From a virus (Duplodnaviria; Caudoviricetes): a DNA stretch of 34,140 nucleotides. This document shows positions 27,184-33,490 of this stretch, piece by piece. A program made the position numbers and the translations under genes. The stretch spans positions 1-34,140 of IMG/VR virus record IMGVR_UViG_3300021091_002721, one strand, 5' to 3'. The notes under the pieces are model-generated. The model ran no database searches. It saw only the letters and a list, made by a program, of their open reading frames with translations, and was not told where the DNA came from. Position 1 is the first letter of the stretch. The number at the start of each line of letters is the position of its first letter.

Positions 27184-27462
27184 TCATTCATTCGCTGCCT
27201 CCTTTGCAGCAATGGCAAATGATAGGTCATATGTCAAACCATATAAATTTCCTAGAGCGTCAAGTTGACCTTCCCAATACCTACGCTCCATAGAATCTAA
27301 GGCCTCTTCAGTGTGGTCCTCTTCTTCCTGTGCTGCCTCTAGTTCCTTCTCAGCCTCTAGCATTAGGAACTTAAGGTGCCCATGCATGATATCAATTCCG
27401 CTAATACCATTGCTTACCTGTCTCTGCAGGTATGGGTCTAGAGTTGTTGGCGTTACTTCCAT
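27184..27462 (-). CDS. acidic helical hypothetical protein
   Basis: 92 aa, TAATG coupling. Confidence 0.7.
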   Translation of the reverse strand: MEVTPTTLDPYLQRQVSNGISGIDIMHGHLKFLMLEAEKELEAAQEEEDHTEEALDSMERRYWEGQLDALGNLYGLTYDLSFAIAAKEAANE

Positions 27463-28199
27463 TATGTGGTTGGCTCCATTCTATAACTAGGCACGTGCTC
27501 GTCGTCTAAGTATATCTTGTGGTGTTCGCATTCCGCAACTGCTTCTAAGTCTGCCTCACCCATGTAGTGGCAGTCACTGCAGATTTCTCCACAGTCATTG
27601 TCACAATACTCCATTGTGTTTATACTGTCACAATCTCTGCATTTGTTGTCATAAGATTCTATTTCACTACCCTGACCATTTATGAATAGGTGCTCTCCAC
27701 CCCAACCAGTCTCTTCTTCATAAGATAAAGACATCTCAAGGTCAGGATACTGTTCTGATAGTTTTGTTATAGCCTCAATAGGTGGAGACCATGCGGTATT
27801 GAAGCGGTATGCAAGAGTATCAGGAGTATCAATCGTTATCTCAGTATCAGAATACTCTTCTCCGTCATGAACTGCAACATCCCATTTAGTTCCCCAGTTA
27901 CGCACATTCCAGTCATACCAATTATTACCCTTAAACATAATAGCCTCTGATATAGGTTGCGTATGGTCTGATTGTTTGTTGTATTCCTCGTCTGATACGC
28001 CTGCTTGTTTATGGTTATAAATGTTGTGGAATGCAAATACAGGATTTGAATATGTAGTATCTGATAACTCCATTTTACCTGTTGTTTGATTCCATGAGTC
28101 GTGTGTTTGTGTGAATGGCCTATTGAGCATGCGCTTTACATCTGCAATAAGTTCTTCGCTACCCTCCATAGTTAGAGAGTTGTAGCACCAATTTGGCAT
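27462..28199 (-). CDS. Api92/YubB (DUF1281-like) ferredoxin-like-domain protein with Cys-rich tail
   Basis: MPNWCYN, WYDWNVRNWGTKWD, FNTAWSPP; C-terminal CxxC repeats. Confidence 0.75.
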   Translation of the reverse strand: MPNWCYNSLTMEGSEELIADVKRMLNRPFTQTHDSWNQTTGKMELSDTTYSNPVFAFHNIYNHKQAGVSDEEYNKQSDHTQPISEAIMFKGNNWYDWNVRNWGTKWDVAVHDGEEYSDTEITIDTPDTLAYRFNTAWSPPIEAITKLSEQYPDLEMSLSYEEETGWGGEHLFINGQGSEIESYDNKCRDCDSINTMEYCDNDCGEICSDCHYMGEADLEAVAECEHHKIYLDDEHVPSYRMEPTT

Positions 28200-28227
28200 T
28201 GGGGGCCCTTTCTTTGTTGTTGGTATT

Positions 28228-28256
28228 ATTCTAGCAAAATATCAGGGTGTTGTCAA
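28228..28256 (-). promoter_or_regulatory. sigma70-type promoter
   Basis: TTGACA-17-(TGC)TAGAAT. Confidence 0.75.
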
Positions 28257-28408
28257 ATACGTCCTTCAGCAATTAAGCCATTCAGGAAATCCTCTAGTTC
28301 TCTCAATGTTTCCCTATCCTCATCTGCAAACCTTCCAGTCATGTGATGATGAATAGTATAGTTTAAAGTCATCATCATTTTATCTATCTGTTCTTCTGTA
28401 TATCCCAT
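28253..28408 (-). CDS. small hypothetical protein (51 aa)
   Basis: MGYTEEQIDKMMMTLNY...GLIAEGRI downstream of own promoter. Confidence 0.55.
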   Translation of the reverse strand: MGYTEEQIDKMMMTLNYTIHHHMTGRFADEDRETLRELEDFLNGLIAEGRI

Positions 28409-28423
28409 TAATCCCATAGATAA

Positions 28424-28452
28424 ATCATAGCAAAAATTATGGGAAAAAGCAA
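28424..28452 (-). promoter_or_regulatory. sigma70-type promoter
   Basis: TTGCTT-17-(TGC)TATGAT. Confidence 0.6.
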
Positions 28453-28495
28453 GTTCTACGTAATAAAAAAATTTTGTGAGATTTTTAATCGGCTA

Positions 28496-28536
28496 CGTAA
28501 TAAAATAAAATTATGATATTTTTAGTCGGGCACTTG
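28496..28536. repeat. bipartite boundary motif, copy 2
   Basis: CGTAA ... AGTCGGGCACTTG abutting tRNA 3' end. Confidence 0.65.
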
Positions 28537-28612
28537 CGATGCGTATGGGATTTGAACCCATGATCTCTACCGTGACAGGGTAGCGATTTAAACCAAACTA
28601 ATCTAACGCACC
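28537..28612 (-). tRNA. trnD: tRNA-Asp(GTC), no encoded CCA
   Basis: GGTGCGT/ACGCATC acceptor, GATT/AATC D stem, CTACC-CTGTCAC-GGTAG anticodon arm, ATGGG-TTCAAAT-CCCAT T arm, G discriminator then CAA. Confidence 0.93.
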
Positions 28613-28623
28613 AAATAAATTGT

Positions 28624-28650
28624 GAGCAGTTTATACTCTTGCTCAGGAGT
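28624..28650 (-). ncRNA. small H-type pseudoknot motif, copy 2
   Basis: ACUC-CUGAGCAA-GAGU-AUAAAC-UGCUC between DUF932 stop and tRNA. Confidence 0.7.
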
Positions 28651-28659
28651 TGCAATTAC

Positions 28660-29676
28660 TTACGCAACTGCTAGAACATCTTTCACTACTTTGAGCAGAC
28701 GATTTTTTTCTGCTGTGATAGCAGGGTCAAAACCACTTGAACCCATTAGTATTGATTCAGTAAGACCACGCTTACCTCCACGATACCAATCAATTCTTTC
28801 TGTGAGTGCGTTCCAAGCACCCCAAGCAGTTCCAGAAATCATGCCGTTAAACTCACCAGTATAGATGTCATTGATTGTGTCAACTTTTTTAGTCCATTTA
28901 GTGAGAGCCTGTTTAGCATTTTTATCAGGCTTTGGATAAGCAGCGAGAACAATATCATTGAATTGTTGCGCTGTGATTTCTTTCTCAATCATAGCCTTAG
29001 CCATTATTGAAAACTCATCCATGTAAGCATTAGCAACAGCAAGAGCCTCACGAGCCTGTTGCACTTTACCATTGGCAGATTGCGTATGACGAATCTTGAA
29101 AGATTGCTTAACGCCATCCTTCTTTTTCTTGCCACCTAGAGCAACAGCAAGAGTGTTAGCGCATACAACACGAACAGGGGTGACAGACGCTTGAATTGCA
29201 ATAGAGCCATCGTGTGATGTATTAACAAGAAGATAAGTCTTGATAACATCAGCAACACCACTAGGGTCTAATACAGTTTCACGCTGTAAGGCAAGAGAGC
29301 CAAATACAACACGACCACCACGCAACGAGCCAGCAGTTTCCCAACGACCTCCGCCATCAAGAATTGCATCACCAAATGAGAATAGGTCTTCGTTTTGTAG
29401 TGGAACATAGCGCTCACCTACAACACCAAGAACATCTGTCTGAGTGTTATCTGTGGGGTTAGTTCTCACAACATACTGATAAGATTTATCTGAGGTGAGA
29501 TAATTTGGAATATCTAATTCCTCTAATCTAACATTCCAATTATTTAGATTAGCAGCAACTAACATTTCGTTAGTATTTTTTTCTTCTGTGAAAACTGTGC
29601 CTAAGCCATGCCAAGCAGGTTCTCTGAAAGAAGCAAATGAAGCAACGCCATTTTGCGTTTCTAATTCATGAGCCAT
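28660..29676 (-). CDS. DUF932 family phage/plasmid protein (TIGR03299-like)
   Basis: MAHELE...REPAWHGLG, LGVVGERYVPLQN, ETAGSLRGG, NTSHDGS, VRVVCANT, IRHT, GTAWGAWNALTE. Confidence 0.9.
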   Translation of the reverse strand: MAHELETQNGVASFASFREPAWHGLGTVFTEEKNTNEMLVAANLNNWNVRLEELDIPNYLTSDKSYQYVVRTNPTDNTQTDVLGVVGERYVPLQNEDLFSFGDAILDGGGRWETAGSLRGGRVVFGSLALQRETVLDPSGVADVIKTYLLVNTSHDGSIAIQASVTPVRVVCANTLAVALGGKKKKDGVKQSFKIRHTQSANGKVQQAREALAVANAYMDEFSIMAKAMIEKEITAQQFNDIVLAAYPKPDKNAKQALTKWTKKVDTINDIYTGEFNGMISGTAWGAWNALTERIDWYRGGKRGLTESILMGSSGFDPAITAEKNRLLKVVKDVLAVA

Positions 29677-29705
29677 TTTTTTCCTTCCTATTTGTAGTTA
29701 TTCTA

Positions 29706-29734
29706 ATCTTAGCATAATGTATAGGAAAATGCAA
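29706..29734 (-). promoter_or_regulatory. sigma70-type promoter
   Basis: TTGCAT-17-(TGC)TAAGAT. Confidence 0.65.
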
Positions 29735-29762
29735 ATCTTAAATGAGGAAAACATATAATCTA

Positions 29763-29806
29763 CGTAAAACGGACATTTAGGTATAAAACGGGCCGACCAC
29801 TTTTTG
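29763..29806. repeat. bipartite boundary motif, copy 3
   Basis: CGTAAAACGGACATTTAG ... GGCCGACCACTTTTTG. Confidence 0.7.
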
Positions 29807-29818
29807 AAGAAAAACTTT

Positions 29819-30040
29819 AAGCAGTTTCACTGGACGTGCTTAGGTCCCATGCTGCTACAGCCAGAAAGGATCAATCAACTGCAGCACCGATTCTCTACGA
29901 AATCACGCACCGCCAAGGTCATAGGCCGACGGTTATGACGCCCGTCGGGTTGGTGCGCTAAAAATAGAGCCTCTAGGCTTGCATATCCAGACATCCCAAG
30001 GTCAACGGATAGCGACATTGACCTTAGCATTGTCAGGAAT
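29819..30040 (-). ncRNA. candidate multi-domain structured ncRNA ending in pseudoknot copy 3 (29819-29847)
   Basis: GC-rich non-coding gap with stems AAGGUCAA/UUGACCUU, CGCACC/GGUGCG, CCGACGG/CCGUCGG, GUCAUA/UAUGAC, UGCUGCAG/CUGUAGCA, then GGAC-CUAAGCAC-GUCC-AGUGAAAC-UGCUU. Confidence 0.65.
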
Positions 30041-30047
30041 TCTTATT

Positions 30048-30515
30048 TCAGTATTCTGCAGTAGAAATATTATCTACTTCTACTTCTACATCAACATCAT
30101 GAGACGAAGAATCAGCCCAAACATTTAAATCAATATCCTCGACATCAAATGTTGAAAGTTCATTAAATGGCACCCTTACAACTCCTGTGATTGTTGCAGT
30201 TGCTTCAAAGTGAATTTCCTTTTCAGGGGCAAATCCAAATATTTGACAAATCTCAGATACAATATCTTCTGCAGATGTGTCGTTTTCTAACCATCCGTGA
30301 AGTTCGCCTTCTAACTGGCGATGAAGTTTGTTGTGATTGTCAACCACTCGTTGGTAATAACGAGCATTTTCTAATTGATATTCAATATCAGTTACTTTTA
30401 CTGTGGGGTAGTGGTTTGTTACCCCTCTTCCTTCATCATTATCAATAACTTTATAAGTTACTAATTGATTTGGGTTGTAGTGGTCAGGCACTACGATTTC
30501 ATTAGTCGTTTCCAT
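30048..30515 (-). CDS. acidic hypothetical phage protein
   Basis: 155 aa, GGAGGA RBS. Confidence 0.75.
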   Translation of the reverse strand: METTNEIVVPDHYNPNQLVTYKVIDNDEGRGVTNHYPTVKVTDIEYQLENARYYQRVVDNHNKLHRQLEGELHGWLENDTSAEDIVSEICQIFGFAPEKEIHFEATATITGVVRVPFNELSTFDVEDIDLNVWADSSSHDVDVEVEVDNISTAEY

Positions 30516-30774
30516 TTACTATATCCTCCATAGATTCTATTTCATTTATAGTAGATAGCATATCATTTAATTCTGATTCTGTCAATAATGCGCTAGTTAC
30601 TAAACTTGTTGTTAAAGAAGCAAGCAGAGCAGAATACTGATACAGTTCTTTAATAAACTCCTCGTCATTAACTTCATTTCTAATGTCTAGAATGTGCTTA
30701 ACACACACCAACATCATTTCGTCATGAACGGCGTCTCTTGACGCTTCTTGTAATTTGATAGCGGTTGCTAACAT
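30502..30774 (-). CDS. hypothetical phage protein
   Basis: ATG 30774 after AGAAAGGA. Confidence 0.7.
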   Translation of the reverse strand: MLATAIKLQEASRDAVHDEMMLVCVKHILDIRNEVNDEEFIKELYQYSALLASLTTSLVTSALLTESELNDMLSTINEIESMEDIVNGND

Positions 30775-30800
30775 TTGTTTATCCTTTCTTATATAATCTA

Positions 30801-30829
30801 ATAATATCACTTATGACTGACAAATACAA
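30801..30829 (-). promoter_or_regulatory. sigma70-type promoter
   Basis: TTGTAT-17-(TGA)TATTAT. Confidence 0.6.
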
Positions 30830-30837
30830 ACTGGAGT

Positions 30838-30895
30838 CGTAAATAATCTCACATAATGGACTGTGTTTTACATCACATGTGGTCGGGCACTTTTG
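30838..30895. repeat. bipartite boundary motif, copy 4, containing CRP-like box
   Basis: CGTAA/CATAA ... TGTGT-N6-TCACA ... GGTCGGGCACTTTTG. Confidence 0.65.
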
Positions 30896-30900
30896 AGGTG

Positions 30901-31030
30901 GAGCAGTTTAGACACTAAAGGATTTCCTCCATACTCAGGTGTTTGGGAGTGTCAAGGGACATTGATAACAAGATCAACATAGTTGCAACTACATCGCAGG
31001 TTATCGTGAACGCAGACTGGCACCCAATTC
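30901..31030 (-). ncRNA. candidate structured ncRNA ending in pseudoknot copy 4 (30901-30942, with inserted hairpin)
   Basis: UUGG-GUG/CAC-CCAA enclosing stem, AUGUAGU/ACUAUGU hairpin, GAUAAC/GUUAUC; then ACAC-CUGAGUAU-[GGAGGAAAUCCUUUA]-GUGU-CUAAAC-UGCUC. Confidence 0.5.
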
Positions 31031-31048
31031 TATTTAGTTTTATTTGGT

Positions 31049-31075
31049 GAGCAGTTTTATTTCATGCTCAGGAAA
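31049..31075 (-). ncRNA. small H-type pseudoknot motif, copy 5
   Basis: UUUC-CUGAGCAU-GAAA-UAAAAC-UGCUC, 6 nt after stop of 31082 ORF. Confidence 0.7.
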
Positions 31076-31081
31076 GTAATT

Positions 31082-31504
31082 TTACAAGTATCTTGCGATA
31101 GAATTGTAAGTAGAAGTAGAAACTACTTCCTCATCAGTCATTTTGAGAATACGAATTGCGTTCTCAATTTCCTCTACGATTTCTTTATACTGCCAATCGT
31201 TGAGAGTATCAAAGTCCTTTTCAGGCATTTCAGGAACTACAATACAACCTTTAGGTAAATTGAAATCTACATTGACCTCGCCATTGTAGCGAACATTAGC
31301 CGTTAGGTCTGTTGCCTTAGAGAGTTTAGCAAGTGCTAATTCGCCTACCTCTTTACGCCAAGCCAATAAAGCCTTTTCGTGTTTGTCCTCGTTTGCTTTT
31401 TGGTTGTCCTTATCTTTCTTGATTTGGACTAACTTACTTTCAAGTGCCTTGATTACTTTGGAGGTAGCAATCTTGACATTTATACTTTTGCCATTTCTAG
31501 CCAT
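31082..31504 (-). CDS. hypothetical phage protein
   Basis: 140 aa, AGAAAGGA RBS and own promoter. Confidence 0.8.
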   Translation of the reverse strand: MARNGKSINVKIATSKVIKALESKLVQIKKDKDNQKANEDKHEKALLAWRKEVGELALAKLSKATDLTANVRYNGEVNVDFNLPKGCIVVPEMPEKDFDTLNDWQYKEIVEEIENAIRILKMTDEEVVSTSTYNSIARYL

Positions 31505-31531
31505 TTATTTCCTTTCTTTGTTGTTGTATCT

Positions 31532-31560
31532 ATCTTAGCATTTCTACGATAGAAAATCAA
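31532..31560 (-). promoter_or_regulatory. sigma70-type promoter
   Basis: TTGATT-17-(TGC)TAAGAT. Confidence 0.65.
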
Positions 31561-31562
31561 GT

Positions 31563-31592
31563 GAGCAGTTTTGGTTGTCATGCTCAGGACAA
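31563..31592 (-). ncRNA. small H-type pseudoknot motif, copy 6
   Basis: UUGUC-CUGAGCAU-GACAA-CCAAAAC-UGCUC. Confidence 0.7.
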
Positions 31593-31618
31593 TTAGCCCA
31601 ACTTCGGATAGTGGCGGG

Positions 31619-31792
31619 CTAAGACTGTTTTGCTGTCCAAGTAGTCCAGCGTGGTGAGCCATTGACATCAAGTTTTACACGAACGCTTGTTCCGTCTGTG
31701 TTTGGCTTGATTTCAGTAATGACTCCAGTTATCTTAGACTTCTGTGAAGTATAAGTATCGCCCACTTTGTATAGTGCGTTTTTTACTGACAT
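31619..31792 (-). CDS. small beta-rich (SH3-like) protein, 57 aa (not in ORF track)
   Basis: GAAAGGA RBS; MSVKNALYKVGDTYTSQKSKITGVITEIKPNTDGTSVRVKLDVNGSPRWTTWTAKQS. Confidence 0.75.
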   Translation of the reverse strand: MSVKNALYKVGDTYTSQKSKITGVITEIKPNTDGTSVRVKLDVNGSPRWTTWTAKQS

Positions 31793-31834
31793 GTGTTCCT
31801 TTCAGAGCATAGTGTTTTTGGTATTACATGTATT

Positions 31835-31863
31835 ATTATGACATTTATGGGATTATTTGTCAA
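31835..31863 (-). promoter_or_regulatory. sigma70-type promoter
   Basis: TTGACA-17-(TGT)CATAAT. Confidence 0.75.
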
Positions 31864-31894
31864 ATCCCACAAATACCATAAAATGTGATTTACC

Positions 31895-32065
31895 TCACTT
31901 AGAGGTTTTGACCATAGCAAAACGGCGAGAACCATTTGCTAGGATAAGATTTACACGAGTGACCTTATTACTAAGAGGTGAGAACGAGGCAATTCTGCCT
32001 GTAATTCCTGTCCTAGAAGTAGTGAACAGGTCGCCTAGTTGATAAGTGTATCCGCCTAGAGTCAT
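31895..32065 (-). CDS. small beta-rich protein, paralog of 31619-31792
   Basis: AGAAAGGA RBS before ATG 32065; YQLGDLFTTSRTGITGRI...TRVNL...NGSRR. Confidence 0.75.
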   Translation of the reverse strand: MTLGGYTYQLGDLFTTSRTGITGRIASFSPLSNKVTRVNLILANGSRRFAMVKTSK

Positions 32066-32094
32066 GTCCGTCCTTTCTTTGTTGTTGTTGTATA

Positions 32095-32123
32095 AGTTTA
32101 TCAAAAAAATACAAGAAATACAA
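32095..32123 (-). promoter_or_regulatory. sigma70-type promoter
   Basis: TTGTAT-17-(TGA)TAAACT. Confidence 0.6.
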
Positions 32124-32174
32124 ATCAATCAGGGGATTTAGGGTGTATTTTTAATGTGTCCTTAATCACAGAGT

Positions 32175-32216
32175 CGTAACTTGACAAATAAGATTTTGTG
32201 GGGCCGACCACTTTTG
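32175..32216. repeat. bipartite boundary motif, copy 5
   Basis: CGTAA ... GGCCGACCACTTTTG. Confidence 0.7.
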
Positions 32217-32290
32217 CGGGGGATCTATTGATAAACGAAAAAGTAAAATATTAACCAGAGAAGAAACCAATATTCTATTTTCACAAAATT

Positions 32291-33010
32291 TTATTTTTTC
32301 TTAGCAGAAAAAACTATATCTGCTTTGTTGTAAACACATAGACTACATTTTACACATGCAGACCCCTCTTTGTCAATTAAGGGAATTGCTTTTTTATTCT
32401 CAGGACACTTAGCGCCTACTTTGCCAATCATGGCTTTGAGGTCTGCCTGCCCAATTGCAAAAGTGTCTGCAAGATATGCTAGTCTTATTCCTTTATCTTT
32501 GTTTAGACCAATAGCAATATCTTTGTTATCTTTATCTGTTGAGAAATAAAGAGATAGGTTTTCAATATTCTTGAGCATGTCTGCAGCGGTAGCCACACGA
32601 GTATAAACCCAAAATTGTATATCAGGATTATTAAGGATTACATATTGCCATGCTCTTGTGTAGGTATCACTAAAGAAATCTCCGTCCCAGTGAATACGGA
32701 ATAACTTCTCAGCATTGCGCTTATCGCAATCAGACTTAAAATCTGTAATCATATCCTCTAATAAATCTACCATAGTGGGCTCATCCGCATTGCGTAGTAA
32801 TTCCCAATTATGGAGCAGGTTATCTCTTACTCCCTTGTATATCTTTTCAAGTTTTCCTGCGTAGCATACACTCTCGCAAGTATTAGTGGCACCAGGACAC
32901 GAGAAAGCCTTTCCAGCAGGCAATCCAAAAGTGTTGGCAATTGTTGGGGTCTTTCCGTTTTTAGATACGGCATTAGCAACCTTCCTATCCATAGAGCGTT
33001 TTAATTTCAT
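32291..33010 (-). CDS. gene product 88 (Gp88)-like Cys-rich phage protein
   Basis: FGLPAG...SCPGAT..C...CYA, FRIHWDGDFF, FWVYTR, CP...C..C..C. Confidence 0.7.
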   Translation of the reverse strand: MKLKRSMDRKVANAVSKNGKTPTIANTFGLPAGKAFSCPGATNTCESVCYAGKLEKIYKGVRDNLLHNWELLRNADEPTMVDLLEDMITDFKSDCDKRNAEKLFRIHWDGDFFSDTYTRAWQYVILNNPDIQFWVYTRVATAADMLKNIENLSLYFSTDKDNKDIAIGLNKDKGIRLAYLADTFAIGQADLKAMIGKVGAKCPENKKAIPLIDKEGSACVKCSLCVYNKADIVFSAKKK

Positions 33011-33153
33011 TTAGGCCTTTCTTTCTTTTCCAATTCTAACATTTCTTTATTGCTTTGTCTAGTGTATCTTTTTTTATTTGGCAAGGCGGAGGCAGCATTA
33101 GATCGACGTAATTCTTGAATACGCTTTAATTCCTCTTTACTTTTTCTAAACAT
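33007..33153 (-). CDS. small basic protein (48 aa)
   Basis: MFRKSKEELKRIQELRRSNAASALPNKKRYTRQ...; ATG 8 nt after -10 box. Confidence 0.6.
   Translation of the reverse strand: MFRKSKEELKRIQELRRSNAASALPNKKRYTRQSNKEMLELEKKERPK
33033..33061 (-). promoter_or_regulatory. sigma70-type promoter
   Basis: TAGACA-17-(TGT)TAGAAT. Confidence 0.65.
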
Positions 33154-33161
33154 AACAAATA

Positions 33162-33190
33162 ATAATATCATAAAAACATTACAAAATCAA
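33162..33190 (-). promoter_or_regulatory. sigma70-type promoter
   Basis: TTGATT-17-(TGA)TATTAT. Confidence 0.6.
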
Positions 33191-33213
33191 ACTGGGAGGT
33201 TCTTAACAATTAA

Positions 33214-33255
33214 CGTAAAACGGACATTTAGTACAAATTGGTCGGGCGGTTTTTG
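33214..33255. repeat. bipartite boundary motif, copy 6
   Basis: CGTAAAACGGACATTTAG ... GGTCGGGCGGTTTTTG. Confidence 0.7.
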
Positions 33256-33262
33256 CGGGATT

Positions 33263-33490
33263 TTATTCTACAAAAACATACCATTCAATTTTGACATCAT
33301 CTAAAACAAAGTGTTCAACTTCATCATCAAAGTCATCAACCAAAATTAATTTAAATCCATCACGAGTTTCAGTTATAGTTTTAACTGTTAAATATTCCTC
33401 ATTTATTTTGATTAAGTCACCTTCTGCTAATTGATTGGGCAGAAGGTAGTCAGCGAATACTAGATCCATATTCATCATTGTATCAGACAT
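33263..33490 (-). CDS. hypothetical protein
   Basis: 75 aa, abuts upstream stop. Confidence 0.7.
   Translation of the reverse strand: MSDTMMNMDLVFADYLLPNQLAEGDLIKINEEYLTVKTITETRDGFKLILVDDFDDEVEHFVLDDVKIEWYVFVE

Noticed and set aside
19128-31592. Hammerhead ribozyme reading of CUGA...AAAC motif
   Set aside because: Lacks CUGANGA, GAAA and the three-way junction; pairing pattern fits an H-type pseudoknot
27836-33004. ORFs 27836, 28622, 30191, 31064, 31480, 31857, 32810
   Set aside because: Overlap real genes, promoters or RNA motifs; 31480-31671 runs through a promoter and pseudoknot, while 31619-31792 has a proper RBS
25607-33255. CRISPR array
   Set aside because: Repeats are short, degenerate and separated by whole genes; no constant repeat-spacer period and no cas genes
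26163-33255. Classical integron attC array
   Set aside because: No RYYYAAC...GTTRRRY inverted-repeat structure and no integrase in window; modules have their own promoters
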